From: Candidatus Thermosaccharophagus yellowstonensis
GTDB taxonomy: Bacteria > Armatimonadota > Fervidibacteria > Fervidibacterales > Thermosaccharophagaceae
Assembly (NCBI GenBank): GCA_041537945.1
Contig: JBGOEK010000002.1
Location: forward strand, 46,005 to 110,004
Direction of reading: 5' to 3'
DNA: 64,000 nt
Below the pieces are notes generated by a model. It saw only the letters and a program-made list of their open reading frames with translations. It made no database searches and had not been told where the DNA came from. Shown here piece by piece: positions 52,441 through 61,491 of the stretch; the stretch's first letter is position 1; each line of letters opens with the position of its first letter. A program made the translations under genes and the position numbers.

Positions 52441-55410
52441 GTGGTTATGAGAGAGCTTTCGAGGCTTTCAAAGAATGGCTTTCACATCATCCTCGCAACC
52501 TGCCTTGCCTTGATGCTCTGCGATACGCGCTCCATGTGCGCTATGAAGAAGTGGACAGTGATGGTTTACATGTGCGGTGACAATGACCTTGAGAGTGCAC
52601 TCATCAAGGATTTGAACGAGATGGAGAAGGTGGGCTCGAGTGAGCAAGTGAATATCGTTGCACAGCTTTCGCGCTCGCCATTTTACGACACATCAAACGG
52701 GAACTGGGTTGGTGCGAGGCGCTACTTCGTCACGAAAGATCCTTATGAAGATCCATCCCCCGAAGTCCCACCGAATAACACGATACGCTCGCAAATGGTC
52801 GCCGACCTCGGCTGGGTGAACATGGGTGGCAAGCGAGCGCTCGTTGATTTTGTGAAGTGGGCTGTGGATAACTATCCAGCACAACGCTACTTCCTCATAC
52901 TCTCAGATCACGGCTCTGGTGTGCGCCCGTTCAGAAGAAGGCTTGCTAAGAGAGCCATCATCTTCTCCGACAGCTTTGATGATTACCTCTCCAACAGCGA
53001 GTTGAAAGAAGCTCTCTCGGAGATAAAGGAGAAGGTGCTCGGTGGGAAGGAGCTTGAAATCCTCGGTTATGACGCCTCCGAGATGAGCATGATTGAGAAC
53101 GCCTATCAAGTGAGGCATAGTGCGAAGTATCTCATAGCCTCTCAACTCTCGGAGCCAAACGATGGCTACCCATACGATCGCTTCCTTGGGACGCTCGTCT
53201 CAAACCCTGATATGCCAACAGAAGAATTCCTTCGTGAGTTCGTCAAGCACTACATGGAATCATATGAGTCTGGCAGACCAACGAATGGTGCTGGGAGCTC
53301 GGTGACAATAGCTGTGTATCGGTTAGGGTTGCTCAAACCGCTTGTTGACGCCATAGACGAACTTGCAAAGGCACTCTTGGAGAGTCTTCCGAAGCATGCG
53401 CGAACGATTGAGGAGATAAGGCAAGCGACGCAGGTGTTCTCTGAAAGCATCTATCGTGACTTGTATCATTTCTGTGAGCTGTTGCTCCAGCGCTTTCCAG
53501 AGGAGTCAGTCAAGCGCGCAGCGAAAAAAGTGATTGATGCGCATGGTCCAAGCGAGGATGGTGCGTTGCTCGCTGAGGCTCACAGGAGTGGCTTTGACAT
53601 CAATGTGGACAATGCACACGGTATCGCCATTTACTTCCCATCGCCAGAAAACTTTGAAGCAGGTTATCTCACAGACCTTGATTTCAACAGGGATTGCAAG
53701 TGGGGTGCTTTCCTTGCTGCACGCTCAACCGAAGATTTACTCCCGCCAGAGATTCGCTTCCTCTTCCCAGCGAGTGACGGCGAAAAAATAATTTTGCCTC
53801 GCCCGATGTTAGTGGCTGAAGTGAGGGACTATGGCTATGCTGGCTTGAACGAGTCTTCCATATCGGTTGCGATTGATGGCGCAAAGCTGGCAACGAGTGA
53901 ATTCACATTTGAATCGCAATCAGGGCTGTTGAAAGTGAGACCCACATCACAACTAAAAGCCGGGAAGCACAACATCACAATCTCAGCCAGCGATAATGCG
54001 GGAAACAAATCCTCGCTCTCCATCTCTTTTGATATTTCGCCACAGCTGTTGCAAAAGGGTGTGAGGATGTTTTCGCTCCCGATGGGAACGACATCACCAG
54101 ACCCGAGAGTTGTTTTAAATGACAGCTCCGTCATGACAGCTCGCTGGGACAACAGCACAAGCTCGTATTACATCTTCCCTGCTACGGATGAACAAGGATA
54201 TGCGTCATTCAGACCTTTAGGCATCAATGTTTCGGTGCCACCAGCAGGTGTTGGATACTTCCTACGCCTAAAGAACGACCTCACGCTGACACACCCGGGA
54301 GAACCGGTTGACCTAACACAACCATACGATGTCCCACTACAAGCACAGGGAAGTAAGCTCTCTTGGCACATAGTTGGAAACCCATTTCCTGTCCCGATCA
54401 AGTTGAGCTCATTGCTTGTGGTTAGAGATGGCATAACCATGACATTTGAAGAGGCGCTCGCAAACAACCTCATCCTCTCGCCACCGTTCATCTACATCCC
54501 ACCACAAAACCCATTTGCAGTTGGAAGATACGCAACCGTTAGCCTTGATTTTGAGTTACAGCCGTTCGCTGCGTTTTGGGTAGCCATCTCAGGCGATTTG
54601 ATTTTGCGTTTCCCTTCACCACTGCAGGCTGAGCGTGGAAAGAAGTTGGTGAGTTCACCGACAAGCATGCTTAGGTCATCAGGCAACTCTCTTAGCGACG
54701 CAAAGGCATCATGGAGGTTGAGGCTTGTGGCAACATGCAACGGCTACAGCGATTCAATCACACTCGGCGTCTCCCCGCAAGGGCGCTTACAACACGACCA
54801 CCTTGATGTTCTGAAGCCACCGTCACCTCCCGGGGCACAGACGCGAATCTGTGTGCTTCAAGAGCTCTTCAACGGTTACATGGCGCAATATGAGGTGTCC
54901 ATTCAACCTCCTAACTTGAAAGCGTTTTGGGACATCATTGTAGATGCAACGCTTGGTGATGTCGTTCTTTCTTGGGAGGGGATAAACCTTGTGCCATCAT
55001 CAGTCTGCCTAACGCTTACCGATTTGGCTACAGGTAAAGCCCTATCAATGCGCCACCAAAGTTATGTAAGGCTACCACGCCAAGATGAACCATACAGGCT
55101 TAGGCTCTCGGCACAAGCGCGTAGCAGTCATAGAGGGTTCATAGTTGGGCTTTCAGCACTGACGACTAAGGGCAATATCGGAATTAGATTCACACTCCTG
55201 AATGACATGAACATCACCATAAGGTTGCTCACTCTAACAGGGCGCGTCATCCATGTTGCGCTCCAAAGGAAAGAGATGAAGCAAGGTATGCACACGGTCG
55301 GGCTACCGATACCGAAGGGAGTTAACTTGCAAGTAGCCATCGTTGAGGTTATCGGGGAGGACGAACTTGGGAGGGTCTCAAGGGCGTTTCGCATTGTAAG
55401 GCTACAGTGA
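52441..55410 (+). CDS. Secreted clostripain-like (peptidase C11 family-like) protein with Ser at the expected catalytic Cys position, Ig-like middle domains and a FlgD-Ig/T9SS-CTD-like C-terminal beta-sandwich
   Basis: WTVMVYMCGDNDLESALIKDLNEMEKVGSSEQVNIVAQL and RYFLILSDHGSG (His site). LEILGYDASEMSMIENAY sits where C11 enzymes have fDAClM. The C-terminus is IRFTLLNDMNITIRLLTLTGRVIHVALQRKEMKQGMHTVGL. Confidence 0.7.
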   Translation: MVMRELSRLSKNGFHIILATCLALMLCDTRSMCAMKKWTVMVYMCGDNDLESALIKDLNEMEKVGSSEQVNIVAQLSRSPFYDTSNGNWVGARRYFVTKDPYEDPSPEVPPNNTIRSQMVADLGWVNMGGKRALVDFVKWAVDNYPAQRYFLILSDHGSGVRPFRRRLAKRAIIFSDSFDDYLSNSELKEALSEIKEKVLGGKELEILGYDASEMSMIENAYQVRHSAKYLIASQLSEPNDGYPYDRFLGTLVSNPDMPTEEFLREFVKHYMESYESGRPTNGAGSSVTIAVYRLGLLKPLVDAIDELAKALLESLPKHARTIEEIRQATQVFSESIYRDLYHFCELLLQRFPEESVKRAAKKVIDAHGPSEDGALLAEAHRSGFDINVDNAHGIAIYFPSPENFEAGYLTDLDFNRDCKWGAFLAARSTEDLLPPEIRFLFPASDGEKIILPRPMLVAEVRDYGYAGLNESSISVAIDGAKLATSEFTFESQSGLLKVRPTSQLKAGKHNITISASDNAGNKSSLSISFDISPQLLQKGVRMFSLPMGTTSPDPRVVLNDSSVMTARWDNSTSSYYIFPATDEQGYASFRPLGINVSVPPAGVGYFLRLKNDLTLTHPGEPVDLTQPYDVPLQAQGSKLSWHIVGNPFPVPIKLSSLLVVRDGITMTFEEALANNLILSPPFIYIPPQNPFAVGRYATVSLDFELQPFAAFWVAISGDLILRFPSPLQAERGKKLVSSPTSMLRSSGNSLSDAKASWRLRLVATCNGYSDSITLGVSPQGRLQHDHLDVLKPPSPPGAQTRICVLQELFNGYMAQYEVSIQPPNLKAFWDIIVDATLGDVVLSWEGINLVPSSVCLTLTDLATGKALSMRHQSYVRLPRQDEPYRLRLSAQARSSHRGFIVGLSALTTKGNIGIRFTLLNDMNITIRLLTLTGRVIHVALQRKEMKQGMHTVGLPIPKGVNLQVAIVEVIGEDELGRVSRAFRIVRLQ

Positions 55411-55550
55411 GAAGGACAACAAAGAAGCACTATGAAAGCCAAAGCTTTCATGCTGTTACACTTTATGCTGGATGCTCATTCTCGTTTGTGAGATAGCATT
55501 TTGAAGCAGCAACTAACATGACACCGCACGGCACAGGAGATGAAGCAACG

Positions 55551-58500
55551 ATGTATCTGAAACGGCTTGAGATGCACGGCTTCAAAAGCTTCGCCTCAAG
55601 GACAGAGATTGAATTCCTCCCGGGCGTTAACGCGATTGTTGGACCGAATGGCTCGGGTAAAAGCAACATAGCCGAAGCCATACAATGGGTGTTAGGTGAG
55701 CGCAGTTACAAGGCAATCAGAGGGACACGCTCAACCGATGTCATCTTCGCTGGAAGCCAAAAGCTGAACCCGATGAACATAGCTGAGGTTACAGTCGTAT
55801 TCGACAACAGCGATTATGGAACCCCCATAGGCTTCAGCGAGGTCGCTATAACAAGGCGCATATATCGCTCTGGAGAGTGCGATTATTTCATCAACAAGAC
55901 CCCGTGCAGGTTGCGAGACATACAGAAGCTTCTTCTGGACCTCGGTCTCTCAGCCGACTCCTTCGCCATCATAAGTCAGAACGATGTTGAAGCGATACTA
56001 ATGGCTCGCCCCGATGAGATGCGGGCTATCTTCGAACAGGTCGCTGGAGTGGAGAGATATCAAATAAACCGCTCCGAGGCTCTAAGGAAGCTTGAGAAGA
56101 CCGAGATGAACATCGTTAGGCTGAAGGATTTGAGGCGTGAGCTTGAGATGCAACTTGAGCCGATAGCCAAGCAGGCGGAGTTGGCGAGGCAGTATAACGA
56201 GCTCATGCAACGCTATGTAAGTTTGCAAGTGAGCCTCATAGGGTGGGAATGGGGAGTAAGGCAAAAGCGCTTGCAAAAACTTTGTGAGGAGAAGACAGCA
56301 TGGCAACAGAAGCTAAGGCAAATTGAAGAGGACATCGAAGCGATTGAAACAGAGCGCAAAGGGATTGAGAAAGAGTTAAAAGAGCTTGAAGAGCAGTTGG
56401 CTCAGTTGAGGGAGCGCTCTGTGAAAACGGTTGAGATGGCAAAAAGTGTTGAGAGCGAGATAGAGCTTGTAAAGCAAAGCCAGTCACATTTGCGTGAGCG
56501 AATCGAAGCTGAGGAAAACGAACTGAGAAGGAGGCTCGAGAAGCAACAAGCACTTCAAAACAGGCTCGAAAGCGTTCGCAGTAGGATGCAAGAGTTGGAA
56601 AAGCTCATTGAAGAGCATAAGCGCGAACATGAGGAGTTGGAGAGGGCGCTTTCTAACTACAACGCCCAAGTGGAGGACAAGGAAAACGAGATTGAATTAC
56701 TGCGCTCACAACATGTTGAAGCGATGAGGGTCATCATGAACTTGCGTAACAAACTCATTGACTGCGAACGCTCCGAGAGAACGCTACGACATCGCTTGAT
56801 GGAACTTGAAAAGGAGAGAAGCGAAGTTGAAGGTCAGATTGAATCGTTGAGCTCTACAACCGATCAACTTGAAGCCGAGATGAGCGAGATCGCTCACAGC
56901 AAGGATGAACTGCAAAAGAGGCTGAGGGTTGAGAGACAAACATTGGCAACGCTTGAGCGCGAGATTGACGAGTTGCGCCACAGGGCTGGTGCGTTGAGAG
57001 AACTTTTGAGCGGTCTCAAGGCTCGCCTCAGCACCCTTGAAGAAAGTGAAGCGGCACTCGAAGGCGTGAGGGAAGGACCAAAGAGCGTGCTCATGGCTTC
57101 ACGAGCTGGGAAACTGCCATCGGCGTATACACTTGTGGCGCACCTGCTAAATGTTCCAAGGGAGATCGAGCTTGCTATAGCTGCTGCGCTCGGGAGCTCG
57201 CTTGAGTATATCGTGACCGAGACAACGAGGGAGGTTGAGGTGGCGATTGAATACCTGAAGCGTAACAAGTTGGGGAGGGCTACATTCCTGACGCTCGATT
57301 TCATCCGTCCACGCCCACGCAGAAGAGAAGTCGAAGAGCTGTTGAAAGTGGTTGGCGATGATTCAGTGATTGGCTGGGCATGTGAGCTTGTGGACGCTGA
57401 TGAGAAGTATAAAGTTGTGGTTGAATACCTCCTCGGAAATGTGCTTGTCGTCAAGGACATGGGCACGGCGAAGGAAATTGGGAAGAGGGCAAAAGATGGA
57501 ATACGCATAGTCACACTTGATGGCGAACTGGTTATCCCCGGAGGTCCTATCTCTGGTGGCTACGAGATGCATTCACTTCACATCCTTCTCGCCAGAAGGC
57601 GTGAGATAGAGGAGCTGAGGCAACGAATACACGAATTTGAGACGAAGCTACGAAGCTGTGAGCAAGGTTTGCGAGAGAGGTTGAAGGAAGCCGAGCATTG
57701 CCAAAACAAAATCGAGGCAATCAGCGGTGAGCTGTCAGCGTTGGTTGAAAGGGAGGCAAAGGCAAGCGCTGAGATGGAGGCATCAACGCAACGCCTCGTT
57801 CAGCTCAGAACACACCTTGAGCTAATTGAGAGCGAGCGAAACCAAATTGAAGACGAGCTTACGAACATCACCTCTGAGAGGGAAGCAATCACGCTTGAGT
57901 TGCAGTCTGTAGAAGCTCAAGCGAACATGCTTGAGGGGAGCGTAGCGGAAGCGATATCAAGCTTAAACGAGTTGCGCACCAGAAGGGACGAGCTAAATTC
58001 CCGTCTCTCAGAAGTCCACGCGAAGCTTGCACAACTCGCTGAGAAATTTAACGCAACTCGCTCTGAGGAAAGCGACATCGCAAATCAGCTTGAGGAAGAA
58101 AAGCAAAGGGCTCGCATGTGTGAGGAAGCGCTCCAATCCTATGAAACACAGCTTCAGAACCTTCAGAGGCTGTTACCAGAGCTGGAGGAGAAGCGTAGGC
58201 TGTTGCTCCTCTCGCGTGAGGAGACGGAAAGGGAATTTGAAGGGTGGCTGGAGCGTCGTAGGGAACTATTGGAAAGGCTTGAAATGGTTGATAAGCAGGC
58301 GAAGGAGAAGATGCAAGAGAAAAGCAGTGTTGAGGGCGAACTCAACAAAGTAGAGGTGCGGATGGCTGAGGTTAGGTCGGAGGGCGAAGAACTCGCAAGG
58401 CGCTTGGTCGAAGAGTTTGGCATCCAACCTCTCGATGCCCTAAAGAGGGCAGAGGCTGTCGGTCAGAAGCAAACCATAACAGCTGAGCTTAACGAGTTGA

Positions 58501-59132
58501 AGATGAAGATTGAGCAAATGGGAGCAGTGAATGTCGGTGCAATTGAAGAGTATGAGCGCTTGAAGGCAAGGATTGATTACTTGGCGAAGCAACAGGAAGA
58601 CTTAGAAACCGCGAGGGAAGATTTGAAGTCCATCATTCGGCAGATTGATGAGGAGGCGATGAACCAACTCATCAAAACTATAGCCGATGTGGAAAGCCAC
58701 TTCCAGATGCTGTTTGCGAATGTCTTCGGTGGTGGGGAAGCTCATATTCATCTCACTGGCGACGATTTCACAGAATCTGGCGTTGAAGTGAAGGTGCGTT
58801 TGCCAGGGAAGGCTACACAAAATCTTATGTCGCTCTCTGGTGGCGAGAAAGCGATGACTGCGATATGCCTCCTCTTTGCTATGCTAAGTGTTCGCCCAGT
58901 GCCGTTCTGCATCCTTGATGAGGTTGATGCAGCGCTCGATGATGTTAACATAAGCAAGTTCGCCGACATGCTGCGCCAGTTCAGCAAGGGCTCGCAATTC
59001 ATCGTCATAACGCATAACTATGGGACGCTTGAAGCGGTTGACCACATCTATGGCGTTACAATGGGTGATGATGGTGTCTCAAGAGTCTTCTCGCTCTCCC
59101 TTGAGGAAGCAGTTATGAGGCTGTCGAGTTAA
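55551..59132 (+). CDS. smc: Chromosome segregation protein SMC
   Basis: MYLKRLEMHGFKSFASRTEIEFLPGVNAIVGPNGSGKSNI, long coiled-coil arms, a hinge (GRATFLTLD...), the signature LSGGEKAMTAICLLFA, and Walker B FCILDEVDAALD. The ATG at 55551 follows AGGAGA. Confidence 0.95.
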   Translation: MYLKRLEMHGFKSFASRTEIEFLPGVNAIVGPNGSGKSNIAEAIQWVLGERSYKAIRGTRSTDVIFAGSQKLNPMNIAEVTVVFDNSDYGTPIGFSEVAITRRIYRSGECDYFINKTPCRLRDIQKLLLDLGLSADSFAIISQNDVEAILMARPDEMRAIFEQVAGVERYQINRSEALRKLEKTEMNIVRLKDLRRELEMQLEPIAKQAELARQYNELMQRYVSLQVSLIGWEWGVRQKRLQKLCEEKTAWQQKLRQIEEDIEAIETERKGIEKELKELEEQLAQLRERSVKTVEMAKSVESEIELVKQSQSHLRERIEAEENELRRRLEKQQALQNRLESVRSRMQELEKLIEEHKREHEELERALSNYNAQVEDKENEIELLRSQHVEAMRVIMNLRNKLIDCERSERTLRHRLMELEKERSEVEGQIESLSSTTDQLEAEMSEIAHSKDELQKRLRVERQTLATLEREIDELRHRAGALRELLSGLKARLSTLEESEAALEGVREGPKSVLMASRAGKLPSAYTLVAHLLNVPREIELAIAAALGSSLEYIVTETTREVEVAIEYLKRNKLGRATFLTLDFIRPRPRRREVEELLKVVGDDSVIGWACELVDADEKYKVVVEYLLGNVLVVKDMGTAKEIGKRAKDGIRIVTLDGELVIPGGPISGGYEMHSLHILLARRREIEELRQRIHEFETKLRSCEQGLRERLKEAEHCQNKIEAISGELSALVEREAKASAEMEASTQRLVQLRTHLELIESERNQIEDELTNITSEREAITLELQSVEAQANMLEGSVAEAISSLNELRTRRDELNSRLSEVHAKLAQLAEKFNATRSEESDIANQLEEEKQRARMCEEALQSYETQLQNLQRLLPELEEKRRLLLLSREETEREFEGWLERRRELLERLEMVDKQAKEKMQEKSSVEGELNKVEVRMAEVRSEGEELARRLVEEFGIQPLDALKRAEAVGQKQTITAELNELKMKIEQMGAVNVGAIEEYERLKARIDYLAKQQEDLETAREDLKSIIRQIDEEAMNQLIKTIADVESHFQMLFANVFGGGEAHIHLTGDDFTESGVEVKVRLPGKATQNLMSLSGGEKAMTAICLLFAMLSVRPVPFCILDEVDAALDDVNISKFADMLRQFSKGSQFIVITHNYGTLEAVDHIYGVTMGDDGVSRVFSLSLEEAVMRLSS

Positions 59133-59160
59133 GCACATCATGCAGTGTGCGTGATGACTC

Positions 59161-60366
59161 ATGGTCAATGTCACGAGGCTTTATTGTGGCGTGCGATGTA
59201 AAAGCGACAGCTTGAGATACAAGGGGAAGGAAGAGAGGACTTTGCCAGTGGTGGTGTGGAACATAACGCGCACTTGCAATTTGCGTTGCATGCACTGCTA
59301 TAGCGCTTCGGAAGCGCTTCAATACGAGGGCGAGCTAAGGAGCGACGAATGCAAAGCTGTCATTGACGAGCTCTCACAGCTACATATACCTCGTCTCCTC
59401 ATCTCTGGTGGAGAGCCGTTGATGCGTGACGATTTGATAGAGCTGGCGCAATATGCTCACTTGCGTGGGCTAAACATAGCGCTCTCAACGAACGGGACAT
59501 TGATCGATGACTTGACCGCCAAGGAGTTGAGGTCAGCAGGTGTTGAATATGTTGGGATAAGCTTGGACGGGATAGGCGCTGTAAATGACCGCATTCGTGG
59601 CGTAAGCGGTGCATTCAACAAAGCTGTTGATGGGCTTAGGAACTGCAAGGCAGTCGGGTTGCGCGTCGGGATACGCATGACGCTCACAAAACTGAACATG
59701 GATCAAATTGACCCCGTATTTGATTTCGCCATGCATGAAGGTGTGGATAGGCTTTGCTTCTATCATTTCATACCTGTCGGAAGAGGGGAAGACTACAAAA
59801 GCCTTCTACCTGACACTGCACAGACGAGGCATGCTGTTGAACGCATATTGCATCGCACGCTGAAGGCGATTGAGCAAGGCTTTTTCATTGAGGTGCTTAC
59901 CGTAGGTAGCCCTGCCGACAGCGTTTTCATCTACATCAAGTTGCTGGAGAACGGGAGCGAAAACACTGATGAGGTTTACGAGTTGATGCGACTGAAAAGT
60001 GGTTCAGCAAGTAGTTCTGGAGTGGGGATAGCGTGCATTGACCCATTTGGCAATGTCCACCCAGACCAATTTTGGTGGCATCATAGTCTTGGGAACATTC
60101 GTGAAACGCCCTTCAGCAAGATATGGTTTGAGAGCAACGATGAGCTCCTGAGAAAACTGAGGGAACAAAAGAAGCACATCTATGGCAGATGCAAACTATG
60201 TCAATTCTTTGAGCTGTGTGGTGGGATGCGCGTCAAAGCCGATACAATTGTTGGTGACGCTTTCGCATCAGACCCGACTTGCTACTTAACCGATGAAGAG
60301 ATAGGATTGAAAAGTGGTTCCGACCGATCTCATGCATCCTTTCGTGTCGGCAAAAATGAAAGCTGA
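59161..60366 (+). CDS. Radical SAM protein with C-terminal SPASM-type domain (NirJ/AhbC/AhbD-like)
   Basis: VVVWNITRTCNLRCMHCY (CX3CX2C), GGEPLMRDD, and the C-terminal Cys cluster CIDPFGNVHPDQ...GRCKLCQFFELCGG. Confidence 0.78.
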   Translation: MVNVTRLYCGVRCKSDSLRYKGKEERTLPVVVWNITRTCNLRCMHCYSASEALQYEGELRSDECKAVIDELSQLHIPRLLISGGEPLMRDDLIELAQYAHLRGLNIALSTNGTLIDDLTAKELRSAGVEYVGISLDGIGAVNDRIRGVSGAFNKAVDGLRNCKAVGLRVGIRMTLTKLNMDQIDPVFDFAMHEGVDRLCFYHFIPVGRGEDYKSLLPDTAQTRHAVERILHRTLKAIEQGFFIEVLTVGSPADSVFIYIKLLENGSENTDEVYELMRLKSGSASSSGVGIACIDPFGNVHPDQFWWHHSLGNIRETPFSKIWFESNDELLRKLREQKKHIYGRCKLCQFFELCGGMRVKADTIVGDAFASDPTCYLTDEEIGLKSGSDRSHASFRVGKNES

Positions 60367-60380
60367 AGCGCAAACAGCGC

Positions 60381-60409
60381 TTGACAGGAGCTGACTAAGC
60401 GACTAAATT
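60381..60409 (+). promoter_or_regulatory. Putative sigma-70 promoter (TTGACA-N17-TAAATT) for the 60446 gene
   Basis: TTGACA lies at 60381-60386, followed by a 17-nt spacer and TAAATT at 60404-60409. The RBS AAGGGGGGTGAAGG lies before the ATG at 60446. Confidence 0.5.
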
Positions 60410-60445
60410 ATAGAAGGTGCACCCAGCAAGGGGGGTGAAGGATTT

Positions 60446-61438
60446 ATGAACGCGAAGGCAAGTTCACACCGAAGTCTTGTCGCAATCCTTTTGCTCTGCA
60501 TCACTGCATACACATTCGTGTCACTCGGCGGGCTCGCAAATGCTCAGGAGGGGAAGAAGCGTCTTTTGCCAGAGATTCAGCTTGCTGGCATAAGGCTTGG
60601 TTCGCTCGCTATTGAGCGAGACGAAGACGGACACCTATCGCCGTCATGTCTGTTGCGTGTTTGGGGTCCCCCAGATTACATCATCGCTCAAGGTGCGCTA
60701 CCAATGCTTGCGCCCAGTGCTGCACCCGGGGCACCCGGAGCGCCTACAGCACCGGGCGTCGGAATGCCCGGGGCAGAAGGAGCTATGCCCGGGATGCCGT
60801 ATGCACCTGGAGCAGTTGGCATGAGCGCACCACTTGCAGGTCCAATTCAACCATTTGCAGGTGGCACAACACCAATTCAAGCTCCAGGTGTGCTTGCCCA
60901 AACGATGCCCCCACTGATGACGAGTGTAACTGCACCAGGTGCAGCTGGAGTTTTCGGAGGACCTCCAGAGGGTGCTATGCCCACTTTTCCCGGCACACCA
61001 GTTACTCCCGGTGCACCAACTGCTCCAACTGCGCCAACCGCGCCTGCGTTATTGCCAGAGCTTTCATGGGCAATCCCTGTCATCATGCCACTGCGAGGCA
61101 ACCAAAGCGAATGGGTTTACAAGCGTGACGATACCGCACTCGGCTTCATCATAGATGATGATGGAACGGTTGTCGGGATAGTCGTTGCTGGAACAAAGTT
61201 TGACGCTGCGAGAACGGCACTCGGAAACCCATTCAAGACAATCATGCTCGGAGATACACTACAGCGAGTCCTTTCACGCTACGGCTGGCCAGACGAAATA
61301 CGCTCCGCTGGTGGCAGCTTGCTCAGTAGAGACATTGAACTGCGCTACCATAAGCGCAGTAACATCGTCTTCACGCTTCATGATTACCGCGTGACACGCA
61401 TCTTCATTTTCATTCCCGAACGAGCTGGACCTGATTAG
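60446..61438 (+). CDS. Hypothetical secreted protein with central Pro/Ala/Gly-rich low-complexity region
   Basis: Signal peptide (SLVAILLLCITAYTFVSLGGLANAQE). A PGAPGAPTAPGVGMPGAEGAMPGMPYAPGAVG...PGAPTAPTAPTAP tract follows, then a folded-looking C-terminal region. Confidence 0.6.
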   Translation: MNAKASSHRSLVAILLLCITAYTFVSLGGLANAQEGKKRLLPEIQLAGIRLGSLAIERDEDGHLSPSCLLRVWGPPDYIIAQGALPMLAPSAAPGAPGAPTAPGVGMPGAEGAMPGMPYAPGAVGMSAPLAGPIQPFAGGTTPIQAPGVLAQTMPPLMTSVTAPGAAGVFGGPPEGAMPTFPGTPVTPGAPTAPTAPTAPALLPELSWAIPVIMPLRGNQSEWVYKRDDTALGFIIDDDGTVVGIVVAGTKFDAARTALGNPFKTIMLGDTLQRVLSRYGWPDEIRSAGGSLLSRDIELRYHKRSNIVFTLHDYRVTRIFIFIPERAGPD

Positions 61439-61491
61439 AATTGGTTAAGTGCCGAAGCAAAGCCATAGGACTGATGGGCGAGGAGAGCCCT

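Noticed and set aside
55432-55451. Hairpin ATGAAAGC-caaa-GCTTTCAT after the C11-like gene, considered as an intrinsic terminator.
   Set aside because: The stem is AT-rich and only 8 bp, and no T-run follows it. It is too weak to call and is mentioned only for completeness.
59161-61438. The radical SAM/SPASM gene plus the adjacent ORF as a RiPP (peptide maturation) cluster.
   Set aside because: The downstream ORF is a 330-aa signal-peptide protein with its own TTGACA-N17-TAAATT promoter, not a short precursor peptide. No transporter or protease partners are present.
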